This document shows positions 48,934 to 57,499 of a stretch of 64,000 nucleotides of DNA, piece by piece. The stretch lies in the IMG/VR virus record IMGVR_UViG_3300005973_000002; one strand, 5' to 3'. A program made the position numbers and the translations under genes. The notes under the pieces are model-generated. The model searched no databases. It saw only the letters and a list, made by a program, of their open reading frames with translations, and was not told the origin of the DNA. Numbering within the stretch: the stretch's first letter is position 1; every line of letters starts with the position of its first letter. The stretch is from a virus (taxonomy: Duplodnaviria; Caudoviricetes).

Positions 48934-51195
48934 TTAGTCAACCTTTTTGATCCCGGCAAGTACCTGCCAGCGATTTGCGGATTGGCCATTGGAATCATGA
49001 CCTGCCTGTGGCTGAGCGGCCTCAGTGAGGTTTGCGCTCCCTGGTTTGGTCACCTTAGAGGAAGAACCACCCAATTTGCGGGAAGCTGATGCATGCTCGT
49101 CGAGCCTGCGCTTAATTTTTGTGTAAATAGCCTTTGTCTCGGCTACGGATGCACCCTTGTCAAGGTGCTCGACAATTTGCTGTAGAGCCTTCTTGGTGAG
49201 TGCTTTTTCAGAGAGTGCTCTCTGAAGGAATTTGCTGTAGTAAACTGTCTTTGAAGTGAACAAGTTGGTCTCTGCGAGCTGTCTGTTCAATCCTTCAACC
49301 TGCTTGCCTCTTGCTTCAAGAAGCTTGACAGCCTTTGCGAGCTTCTTTTCAAGAAGTCTGTTCTTACGTGCGAGGTGTTTGAACTTACGGGATTCCATGT
49401 GCATTGCCTCTTCCATCTCATCTGCAAGAACCATGTCTTCTTCTGCGGATTCCATATCGTCTACGTCGCCACCAAGGTCAACATCCATTTCGTCATCCTC
49501 GTCATCAACGATTTCAACTTCCTCATCCTCAGCACCTACATTGAGATCAACGTCTACGTCAAGATCATCAACACCAAGTGCTGCCAACTCTTCTTCAACC
49601 TCTGGCGGAAGGTCTACCGAAAGAACAAGATCTGCGGCATCATCAACACCAAGGTCATCATCTTCCATCATATCCATTTCGTACATGCTTTCTTTCATTT
49701 TAAGATTGCTCTTATGTTTCCTGTCCTCAAGGTTCTCATGGGAACCGTCATCACCACCTTCTGGTTCGGCATCTTCCCATGACTCTGCTTCTTTGCCGTC
49801 GGAAGCTTCTCTAAGAGCATCAAGCTTACGTTTGATATTTTCCTTGCGGATTGCCCTTACTGCCTCTGCAAGTTCGGCGTCATCAACTTCAAACTCTGCG
49901 ACTGGTTCTTCGTTAGTGTCACCAAAGCCAGCTGCACCTTCTGCAACGTCATCATTTGCATCAGTGTTTGCGTCTGCGCTGTTCTCATTCATTGAACGAG
50001 TAACGGTTTGATCCTGATCTTCCTCATCAACAACAGGCTCGGCCTCATCCCAAGGACGATCGTGCACATCGCCACTAATTGCATCTGCATCAACAGAGCC
50101 AGCGGTTCCACCCTTCATCTCTTCGGCAAGCTTGCCCTCCTGAGCGACTTCAACGTCTTCGGGACCACCAAGATGTGGATCAACACCAGATACATCAGCT
50201 GCGTGACGTGAATATTCGTCATCAACTTTCAAACCGGACTCGCCAGTGTGAGCAGAATCCTTAGCGAGGTTTTCATCTTCCTCGAAAAGTTTTGCTGCAA
50301 ATTCTTTGAGACTTGTCATATCGGTACCTTTACCTTGTTCTTTCTTCAAGTAACTATTATCCAAACCTGCCTCTTTCAGCTTTAAGAATAAAAATTCTAA
50401 CTTGTTTTCGTTGAGACGAGCTTGTTTGTTAGTAATTAGGCCCCGATCTCGCATTCCATCCAAAGCTTCGACTAAATCAAAAAGTCTCTTTTTAAGAGAA
50501 CTTCTCGTGATGTCAGAAACTCGTCCTGAGAAATAAGCTCGATCAATCCGTTCAGAAATATTACTAAGGACCCTATTGTATTCTTTATAAGAAACCGCCT
50601 CTGTTGGAAGCGGTGCAACTTCCTCTTCTTCTTCAGTTGGCTCACCAGCAGCTGGTTGAACTGGTGCTGCTGGACCAGCAGTTTCTGGAGCTGGCACAGC
50701 AGCTGGCTCTGTCGGCTGAGTTGGCTGTGCACCTGCTGGAGCACCTGCTGCTTGGAGTGGTGCCTCTCCAGGCGTAATTGTAACCTGATCCGAGTCAGCG
50801 TCTACAAAAAGATCTTCGAAATCAACAACGATCTTTCCATCTTCATCTGGCATAGAAGCACCAACCAAATCCTCACCGCCAGGTGCAGGAACTGGGGCGT
50901 CCACTGTTTGATCGCCAAGCTCTCCTGCAACCGTTTGAGTCGGATCAGTTGTGCCGGCTGGAGCAGTGGTTGGTTGTGTACCACCCATACCCTGAGGGTC
51001 TGGTGGTAGTTGAGGCGAAACCTCCTCTTCATCTTCCTGTTCAAAGAAGAAGTCCGAGGAACCCATAGCTTCCTTCGCAATTACTTTTTTAATGTAAGGG
51101 GTGAGTTCTTCAATTAAGGCTTTCTTCGCATCGGCCTCTGCGATTTCCTTAAGCTTTTCAGCGTCCCTTACTGCTTCTGTAAAAAGATCTGTCAT
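48934..51195 (-). CDS. Prohead core scaffolding protein (gp22-like), very acidic
   Basis: Lies immediately upstream of the capsid gene; D/E-rich, C-terminal coiled coil, ends NRWQVLAGIKKVD. Confidence 0.8.
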   Translation of the reverse strand: MTDLFTEAVRDAEKLKEIAEADAKKALIEELTPYIKKVIAKEAMGSSDFFFEQEDEEEVSPQLPPDPQGMGGTQPTTAPAGTTDPTQTVAGELGDQTVDAPVPAPGGEDLVGASMPDEDGKIVVDFEDLFVDADSDQVTITPGEAPLQAAGAPAGAQPTQPTEPAAVPAPETAGPAAPVQPAAGEPTEEEEEVAPLPTEAVSYKEYNRVLSNISERIDRAYFSGRVSDITRSSLKKRLFDLVEALDGMRDRGLITNKQARLNENKLEFLFLKLKEAGLDNSYLKKEQGKGTDMTSLKEFAAKLFEEDENLAKDSAHTGESGLKVDDEYSRHAADVSGVDPHLGGPEDVEVAQEGKLAEEMKGGTAGSVDADAISGDVHDRPWDEAEPVVDEEDQDQTVTRSMNENSADANTDANDDVAEGAAGFGDTNEEPVAEFEVDDAELAEAVRAIRKENIKRKLDALREASDGKEAESWEDAEPEGGDDGSHENLEDRKHKSNLKMKESMYEMDMMEDDDLGVDDAADLVLSVDLPPEVEEELAALGVDDLDVDVDLNVGAEDEEVEIVDDEDDEMDVDLGGDVDDMESAEEDMVLADEMEEAMHMESRKFKHLARKNRLLEKKLAKAVKLLEARGKQVEGLNRQLAETNLFTSKTVYYSKFLQRALSEKALTKKALQQIVEHLDKGASVAETKAIYTKIKRRLDEHASASRKLGGSSSKVTKPGSANLTEAAQPQAGHDSNGQSANRWQVLAGIKKVD

Positions 51196-51213
51196 TCTAT
51201 TTCCTTAAGTGAA

Positions 51214-51744
51214 TTAGGCGCCACCACCAGAAGGAGTCGAGGTGCCAAGACCAAGAGAGCCAATGGTTTGACGACCAACGTTTTCTCTTGTGTCGGATGG
51301 AGAAGCTAATCCATCTCCACCAAAGGGCCCGCCGCCGCCTTGGGCAGCTTGAGTTACACCAACGCCTTCTGCTGGAATATCAGCTGGGTTTTGACCTTCG
51401 GCTGGAACTGCGATGTTTGGAGCATACGGCGAACCTGGTAGACCACCACCGCCAACCACAACCTCATCGAGATTTGGTGCAAGCTCATAATCTCTGCCAT
51501 AGTTTGTTGGGAGATCCCAGTAAGCAATTGCCTGAACATCGGTACCTCTTCCAGAATCGATCGGGTCTGAAGCATCAAGCGGACCAATCAAAACTGAATT
51601 AGCCTGTTCCTCCAATAGAGCATCGTTAATTTCATTACGGTAAATTGGAGAACCTGGGTGTGCAGTTTGTAGTGATTCGGTATCAGAAGAACCGTTTCCA
51701 CGGGTAGTGGATGGGACATCAACTTTGAATTGTTCGAATGGCAT
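51214..51744 (-). CDS. Gly/Pro-rich putative head protein
   Basis: 176-aa ORF in the head operon. Confidence 0.55.
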   Translation of the reverse strand: MPFEQFKVDVPSTTRGNGSSDTESLQTAHPGSPIYRNEINDALLEEQANSVLIGPLDASDPIDSGRGTDVQAIAYWDLPTNYGRDYELAPNLDEVVVGGGGLPGSPYAPNIAVPAEGQNPADIPAEGVGVTQAAQGGGGPFGGDGLASPSDTRENVGRQTIGSLGLGTSTPSGGGA

Positions 51745-51798
51745 TGCTTGTTTCCTTGCTTACTATCTGCTTACTAAATATTACGTCACTAAAAACTT

Positions 51799-52290
51799 TT
51801 ACTTATTCTCATACTTTCCGAATGCTAAAGCTGCCCAATGATTTTTTGGACGGTCGCCACTAAGAGCATTTAGTTGGGCCTGATCAATCTGTTCTACCTC
51901 TGGACTTGCTTGTTCGCCGAGATAAACACCACCTCCGCCGCCCATTTCTGTTCCAAGTTGCGATTGTAGGGTCGTCATTGCCGTGTCTGCAAAAATACTT
52001 TCCATCATTGCAGCTTGTTTTGGGTCACCTTGAGCGGTCTGCATAGCTGCAATACGAGAAAGTTCCCTAAGTCTTTCATTTGGTGTCATATGACCAACAG
52101 AAGAGAATGGTGGTTGCGCCGTGGTAGAATTTTTAGTAACCTGTCCTACAAAATCATTTGGAGCAACCCTAGCTGTTGCAGCAACTGGTTGAACATTTTC
52201 TTTGATTACATTGTCAAATGCACCTTCTGTTATTAATTCTCTGATGCACTCTTTTAAAATTTTCTTGAATTGTGTTCTATTAAGCTTCAT
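51799..52290 (-). CDS. Putative head assembly protein with MKLNRTQFKKILKECIRE leader and HWAALAF tail
   Basis: Carries both motif types; located in the head operon. Confidence 0.65.
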   Translation of the reverse strand: MKLNRTQFKKILKECIRELITEGAFDNVIKENVQPVAATARVAPNDFVGQVTKNSTTAQPPFSSVGHMTPNERLRELSRIAAMQTAQGDPKQAAMMESIFADTAMTTLQSQLGTEMGGGGGVYLGEQASPEVEQIDQAQLNALSGDRPKNHWAALAFGKYENK

Positions 52291-52362
52291 TTTACCTGTT
52301 CCCGTATAAAGGCTCTATAGGTAAATTATTCTGCTCATTTATTATGTCTTTGTTTTATTCTG

Positions 52363-52857
52363 TTAAAGTCGATAACCATATTTGTTACCAATGCCCTGCA
52401 ATACTTTCTGCCAAGTCTTTTCATCAATGAATTCAAGGACGTCTTCTAGCAATTCATAAGTTGAAAGGTTTGCTTCGGTTCTAAACCGATCAAGTATCAT
52501 TTGACGCTTTCGAACAGTGGAAGCCTCTTGTAATTGATTTCTAACGGCCCGCTTTACCATTTCTTTAAGCTGCGTTTTTGAAATACGTACAGGTTTTTTT
52601 GATTCATTTTTCGGAACGCAGTTAGGTACTTCTTTCCCGTTTTGGGTTTTCATACCGACCATTTCGTAACCATCCCAGCATGGATTATCTTCACCACTTT
52701 CTTGCAAGCCGGATTCCTTAACAGCACCCCAAGCTTTTTTTGCTGCGGTTTCTTTGCTGTCGCCCCCGTCACGTGCACTGTGATAAACTGCCGTCCACTG
52801 ACTGTAGTCGTCTTCTGGTAGATCTTGTACGCTTTTTGGATATTTACTCTTTGGCAT
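52363..52857 (-). CDS. ChaB-like domain plus PCWxGY..NCVP module plus internal leader-like motif
   Basis: LPE....W..VY.SA......AAKKAWGAVK (ChaB-like); NPCWDGYEMVGMK..GKEVPNCVP; RISKTQLKEMVKRAV. Confidence 0.7.
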   Translation of the reverse strand: MPKSKYPKSVQDLPEDDYSQWTAVYHSARDGGDSKETAAKKAWGAVKESGLQESGEDNPCWDGYEMVGMKTQNGKEVPNCVPKNESKKPVRISKTQLKEMVKRAVRNQLQEASTVRKRQMILDRFRTEANLSTYELLEDVLEFIDEKTWQKVLQGIGNKYGYRL

Positions 52858-52866
52858 TTTACTCTA

Positions 52867-53424
52867 TCAAATCCATTCAATTCCAAGGACTTCCATAATA
52901 CCAGAAGCCAAAGACCACGCAGTTTCTTCAATGCTCACATCCCCGTATCTGTCGTTCCATTCGTCAAGAACATTTTCAACCTCTTCGTATTGGTCATCAG
53001 AAAGTTCGTCTGGCTCTGGAGCGTTGATAAGGGCTTCTATGGTAGCTCTAAGACTGCCCGCAGATGCTGTACTTCCCGCTCCTGGATTATCAGATAGAGT
53101 CATGGCATATTCAAACGCAAGAGAGTCGGCACCCTGAAGTTTCATGTTGAAAGCTTTGCCATCCATTAAATCTTCAAAAACATCTTCCGATGGAAGATCA
53201 CCCCAAGTCATTGTTTTTTCATTGAGTTCACGATCTTCTTTTTTCATTGCCTGTGTAATTTTTTTTCGACGATATGCAAGATACGCATCAGAACTATCAA
53301 TATCACCATCGTTGTCGATGTCACGAATTTGACCGACCCCTACCTTTTTCCCCGTTTCAGTTTTCCCAACTGGGTCAAGTGCTTCCTTGACAGCTTCTTC
53401 AATTATTTGTTTTATAGTAGTCAT
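52867..53424 (-). CDS. Acidic protein with DIDNDGDIDSSD Ca-binding-like loop
   Basis: MTTIKQIIEEAVKEALDPVG leader; DxDxDG motif. Confidence 0.65.
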   Translation of the reverse strand: MTTIKQIIEEAVKEALDPVGKTETGKKVGVGQIRDIDNDGDIDSSDAYLAYRRKKITQAMKKEDRELNEKTMTWGDLPSEDVFEDLMDGKAFNMKLQGADSLAFEYAMTLSDNPGAGSTASAGSLRATIEALINAPEPDELSDDQYEEVENVLDEWNDRYGDVSIEETAWSLASGIMEVLGIEWI

Positions 53425-53425
53425 T

Positions 53426-54280
53426 TTAGCAAAGCCCTTCCTTTTCACTTTGAAGAATTAACTTTTCGAGCTTGGTAAGATATTCTTCTTCTTTAGCATC
53501 AACCATTTCTTCGTTGTCAACATCTCGATCAATATCTATGCGACTCTCTAATTCCATACCACGAGCCGATTGCTTCATTGCTTGTCGTTTTTTAACAACC
53601 TTGGCTTGTTTTGATCTTTCTCTTTCCTTTTCAAGATGCTTTTCAAGTTGAGATGGACTCATCCTCCTGTCAGCCCCTGTAGTAGATCGACTTTTTTCAC
53701 CAAGATCCATTTCTGTTAATTTTTTTCTAATGATCTTGCGGACCATTTCTTTTAGTTGCGCTTTCGTAACCTTCATTGCTGCATCCTCTTGCAATTTTTC
53801 CTGAAATTTCTTAATGAACCTTGCTACACTTTGTTTTGCCCCTAATCCAGCAACAAATTCTTTGGTAAGAATTTCTTTGCCGTTTTTCTTTATTGAAACT
53901 ACAAACTTGACATTATCAATTCCCATAACGCTCACAAATTCAGCTTTAACATCAGCTTTAAAATCGTTAGAAATTTCTACAGTGGCAAGTGCAGAGCCAC
54001 CATATGCATTATTTCCGAAAACTTTTTTCAGATGCTTGGAAAGCGACAGCATCTTATGATGCCTATCCCTTTTACGCTTGGAATCTCGACGTATTTGAGC
54101 AAGTTCATCAGAAAAGGTTTGGCCGTGCCTTCCCCTGTAGGCCGAAGCCTGTCTACGAGAAGCCTCACGGCCAGCTTCTATTCCCTTTTTGATTGTGGGA
54201 TAAAATACAGGAGATACCTCAGTCAATTCTTCTTTGACTAAGTCAGAAATGAATCCTTGTATTCTATCCCTATCATTCAC
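53426..54280 (-). CDS. Basic/acidic protein with N-terminal and internal leader-like motifs
   Basis: ISDLVKEELTE near the N-terminus; internal MKVTKAQLKEMVRKIIRKKLTE. Confidence 0.7.
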   Translation of the reverse strand: MNDRDRIQGFISDLVKEELTEVSPVFYPTIKKGIEAGREASRRQASAYRGRHGQTFSDELAQIRRDSKRKRDRHHKMLSLSKHLKKVFGNNAYGGSALATVEISNDFKADVKAEFVSVMGIDNVKFVVSIKKNGKEILTKEFVAGLGAKQSVARFIKKFQEKLQEDAAMKVTKAQLKEMVRKIIRKKLTEMDLGEKSRSTTGADRRMSPSQLEKHLEKERERSKQAKVVKKRQAMKQSARGMELESRIDIDRDVDNEEMVDAKEEEYLTKLEKLILQSEKEGLC

Positions 54281-54381
54281 TTACAGCTGCCCTTGCAGTT
54301 CCGGCACTGACAGCAGCCACAACAGCAGCAACAGTGCTCAGAGTTGAAAAGATTTATTAAACGGTGGAGTAGACCCTTCAT
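54277..54381 (-). CDS. 34-aa Cys-rich microprotein (metallothionein-like), not in the ORF track
   Basis: MKGLLHRLINLFNSEHCCCCCGCCQCRNCKGSCK; GAGAGGT SD upstream; its TGA overlaps the GTG of the next gene (GTGA). Confidence 0.7.
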   Translation of the reverse strand: MKGLLHRLINLFNSEHCCCCCGCCQCRNCKGSCK

Positions 54382-54413
54382 TATTTACCTCTCTTATGGG
54401 GAAATTTATTCAA

Positions 54414-57400
54414 TTATTGCGATGAAACGAAATTGCCTTGATTGGTAACGACGAAGTCGATGGACAAGAATTCCAAAGTTCTGGTTGGAACAAGGAAAAT
54501 CTTTCCACGAACCGTTCTGTTTTCAATGTCGGCTTGTGTAGTAGTTGTGGTGTCAATTCTTACAAGGAATCTCTCCACGCCTCTCTGGTCCTGCACCCTC
54601 TTCAAGATTGGGTTTACCAACTGAGAAAATCTTGCAAGCGTTTCGGCACGACCAGGTTCGAATACGAAGCGTCGAGCAACACGGCGAACATCTCTTCTAA
54701 GTTGAATGAGAAGTCTACGTACATTGACTCTCTCAAGTGCAGAATCACGAGCAAGTAGAGTACGCTGACCCCAGACTACAACACCATCCGATCCTGCAAA
54801 GGATACAAGTGGGTTAATCTTGACATCTTGAAGCGCATCCATGTTGTCACGGGACAATGGAAGCGTAGATTCTTCAGTTGTCTGTAGGGCGCCACGTGCA
54901 AAACCTGCTGGGGCAAACCATGGGAATCCGACTGCATCATTGAGACCGAATGCACCAAGAACAGCAACCGAAGGCGGAACCTGTCGAATAGTGTTGTTGA
55001 GTGTATCCCTCAAGATTACGTCTGGGAAGTAAGCTGCTCCGAAGGAAGTGTTCAAACCTCGATCACGGTGCTGATTTGCGGTAAATCTAACGCTCAAATC
55101 CTGTGAGGAAGCAGTAACGAGTTGATTTGTGGTGTCATACTCTGGAAGATCCATGATGTACATTGCATCAAATCTTTCCTCGATAAGCTGTAGAGCGTCA
55201 TCGGTGATCTGTGGATGTCTAATTCCTGGGATGGTAAGAAGTTGGATATCAGTTTCGGTGTCGTCGGCAATGATATCCAAAGCGGTATCATAAGCCTTTA
55301 CGGTAGGACCATTCGACACTCCCCTGTTTGTGTTGTCCATTTCTTCGATAATTGCGAGGTTGGTAAGATTGGCAGTGTCTTCATCAAAGATTCTAACACC
55401 ATCAAATCCGCCCTGGATAATTCCGCTGAACTTAGCAACCTGCCTTACAGATGAATCCGACAAATCGTCAGCTGTCAATGCTCTAACCGAACCAGAGGTA
55501 GCTACGTTTCCGGCTCTTACATAACTCCAACTTACAAGCTGGGTAGTGTCAGCAAGATTCGTGATCGGATCTCTTACGATCCTGATGTTCTCAAGAGAGA
55601 ATAGGTTGTTATTGAACCTATCCGCATCAAGAATACCGGTTTCTGCCGCATCTGCCACTCCTTCATTGTCGCTGACGACAACATTCAACCAATCAGTCTG
55701 ATGCTTAGGGAAGAACTTGGTGAAGTTGGCAATAGTTCTTTCTGGCTCGGTTGTTGAGTTTGGCTCTTCAACTGAAAGCTGACGAGTAAACTGAATACCC
55801 CAATAGAGGCCCTTGTCTACACGACGGCTGGTAACCGAACCAAGGTTAAGGCTTCTGCGGAACTGAACTGGCATCTGTACGACATTGTGAGCTGGATCAG
55901 AAGAGCCAGTAATAAGAACGCTGTCTGCAAGTGCTTCGCCTAATGGAGCCAATGGTGCAGTTCCCGAGGTTACCAAGTGTGGAATTCCTCTGAAACCAAG
56001 CGGAAGAGCCGAAGCATCCAACTCAACGTTTTCAACGTCTGGCGAGACTTCTACTCTGATAACCTTGGACTGGTTTGGATACTCGCCAGTAGTTTGAATC
56101 TTCTGGTTACCTTCGGCAGCATCAAAGTTGTAGAAGGTGTTGAGGTCACCAATCACTCTAGCAATGTAATTGTCGGAGCTTGGATTGAGTGAAAGCCCTC
56201 TCCAAGCCTCAGTTGCCTCACGTTTCTTATCGATGTCGTTGAAACGACGGATGAGAAGGTCGAAAGTTCCATAAGGGTTTACATCATTGATTGCCGGAAC
56301 AATGTTTTCAACAGACCATTTGACCTGATCGTTGCCCCAAGCACCGTCATCCAAAAGATGAATTCTGAAGAGATTTCTTGGCTTGCCGCCAAGCCTCTGT
56401 GAAACAATCCAAGGTGATTTTGGCGTAGTGTATCTATCTTCCCAGTTTTCATAACTTGGTACTACGGTTGAGCCGGAGTTTCGAGACAATGAACCAGTTG
56501 CCAAGAATGCGATTGGTTCAAATCCAGCTGCCAAACCTCCACCTACAACTTCATCAGTAGTGGTATCGACCACAGAAGAACCAGTAACGGTTGCAAGGTT
56601 TGGATGAACCGAGTAATCGGCATAAAGCAAGTAACCTGCCTTTTCAAGGTTGAAAGGATCGGTGTTAAGGGCACTGCCAAGGTAATTTGGTGCGTCAACA
56701 TCAAAAGATGCAGTAATGACATTGGGAAATAGAGGATCAGTTCCCTTGTGACCATTCAAGAACATCACAAATTCCTGTCTGCCGCCGGAGAGGTTGACGG
56801 AGCCTAGGAATGAACCGCTCTTATTTTCTTCTGTGGCAACAAGGTTTGACGCTGGAGCTGCTCCTGGAACCATTGTCGATGCAGAAAGTGACGAAGAAAG
56901 GGTGATGATAACACCGGAAGCAGCTAAAAGAACTGCCCTAACGATTGGCGTTCCCTCACCAGGGAGACCAGCGTCAGTAAGAAAACCCGAACCGTTTGCT
57001 TCTGACATAAAGGTGTTTAGGAAATACAAACGCCCTAGAGGTCCCCCTTCATTGGCGTACATGTTGTTATCCAATGCTCCACCAGCTTGTGGCTGTTCGT
57101 CACCAACAACAAAACCTGCACCCTGAACTTTACCCTGATTCTCTCCAGATTGTTCTCTTCTCTTGGCTTGACCAGCACCAAGAACCCTAAGGTAAGTTGC
57201 TGCTTGTCTATTACGAAGCCACTCGCCCACAGCAAGTGGTCCATTTGCCTTGTTGTCTTCTGGAAGTCCGAATACAACCGTAAAGTCCTGCGTTGTTGCA
57301 AAAGTTACAGGAACAAATGCAGGTCCCTTTACAGCAGTTCCGATCACACCAGCTGGGATTCCAACAGGTTGAATTGCTGTTGGGCCAGTAAGGTTGATAA

Positions 57401-57443
57401 CCCTGGCTGAAACTCCTGCACTTTTGAAATTAATTTGAGTCAT
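54414..57443 (-). CDS. gp18: Tail sheath protein, copy 2
   Basis: FKSAGV..RVI.L; GTAVKGPAFVP; PPSVAVLGA..PWFAPAGFARG; INPLVSF..VWGQRTL..RVNVRRL motifs. Confidence 0.95.
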   Translation of the reverse strand: MTQINFKSAGVSARVINLTGPTAIQPVGIPAGVIGTAVKGPAFVPVTFATTQDFTVVFGLPEDNKANGPLAVGEWLRNRQAATYLRVLGAGQAKRREQSGENQGKVQGAGFVVGDEQPQAGGALDNNMYANEGGPLGRLYFLNTFMSEANGSGFLTDAGLPGEGTPIVRAVLLAASGVIITLSSSLSASTMVPGAAPASNLVATEENKSGSFLGSVNLSGGRQEFVMFLNGHKGTDPLFPNVITASFDVDAPNYLGSALNTDPFNLEKAGYLLYADYSVHPNLATVTGSSVVDTTTDEVVGGGLAAGFEPIAFLATGSLSRNSGSTVVPSYENWEDRYTTPKSPWIVSQRLGGKPRNLFRIHLLDDGAWGNDQVKWSVENIVPAINDVNPYGTFDLLIRRFNDIDKKREATEAWRGLSLNPSSDNYIARVIGDLNTFYNFDAAEGNQKIQTTGEYPNQSKVIRVEVSPDVENVELDASALPLGFRGIPHLVTSGTAPLAPLGEALADSVLITGSSDPAHNVVQMPVQFRRSLNLGSVTSRRVDKGLYWGIQFTRQLSVEEPNSTTEPERTIANFTKFFPKHQTDWLNVVVSDNEGVADAAETGILDADRFNNNLFSLENIRIVRDPITNLADTTQLVSWSYVRAGNVATSGSVRALTADDLSDSSVRQVAKFSGIIQGGFDGVRIFDEDTANLTNLAIIEEMDNTNRGVSNGPTVKAYDTALDIIADDTETDIQLLTIPGIRHPQITDDALQLIEERFDAMYIMDLPEYDTTNQLVTASSQDLSVRFTANQHRDRGLNTSFGAAYFPDVILRDTLNNTIRQVPPSVAVLGAFGLNDAVGFPWFAPAGFARGALQTTEESTLPLSRDNMDALQDVKINPLVSFAGSDGVVVWGQRTLLARDSALERVNVRRLLIQLRRDVRRVARRFVFEPGRAETLARFSQLVNPILKRVQDQRGVERFLVRIDTTTTTQADIENRTVRGKIFLVPTRTLEFLSIDFVVTNQGNFVSSQ

Positions 57444-57454
57444 GAATTCTCTCC

Positions 57455-57470
57455 GATTAGTCGACTAATC
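57455..57470. repeat. Perfect 16-bp palindrome abutting the sheath-2 ribosome binding site
   Basis: GATTAGTCGACTAATC. Confidence 0.9.
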
Positions 57471-57499
57471 TTTCTATGTAACTATTTGCCTGGCTCATC

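Noticed and set aside
49256-50011. 251-aa Ser-rich plus-strand ORF and similar antisense ORFs (e.g. 24981..25676)
   Set aside because: These are shadows of acidic GAA/GAT-rich minus-strand genes; they have no SD or motifs.
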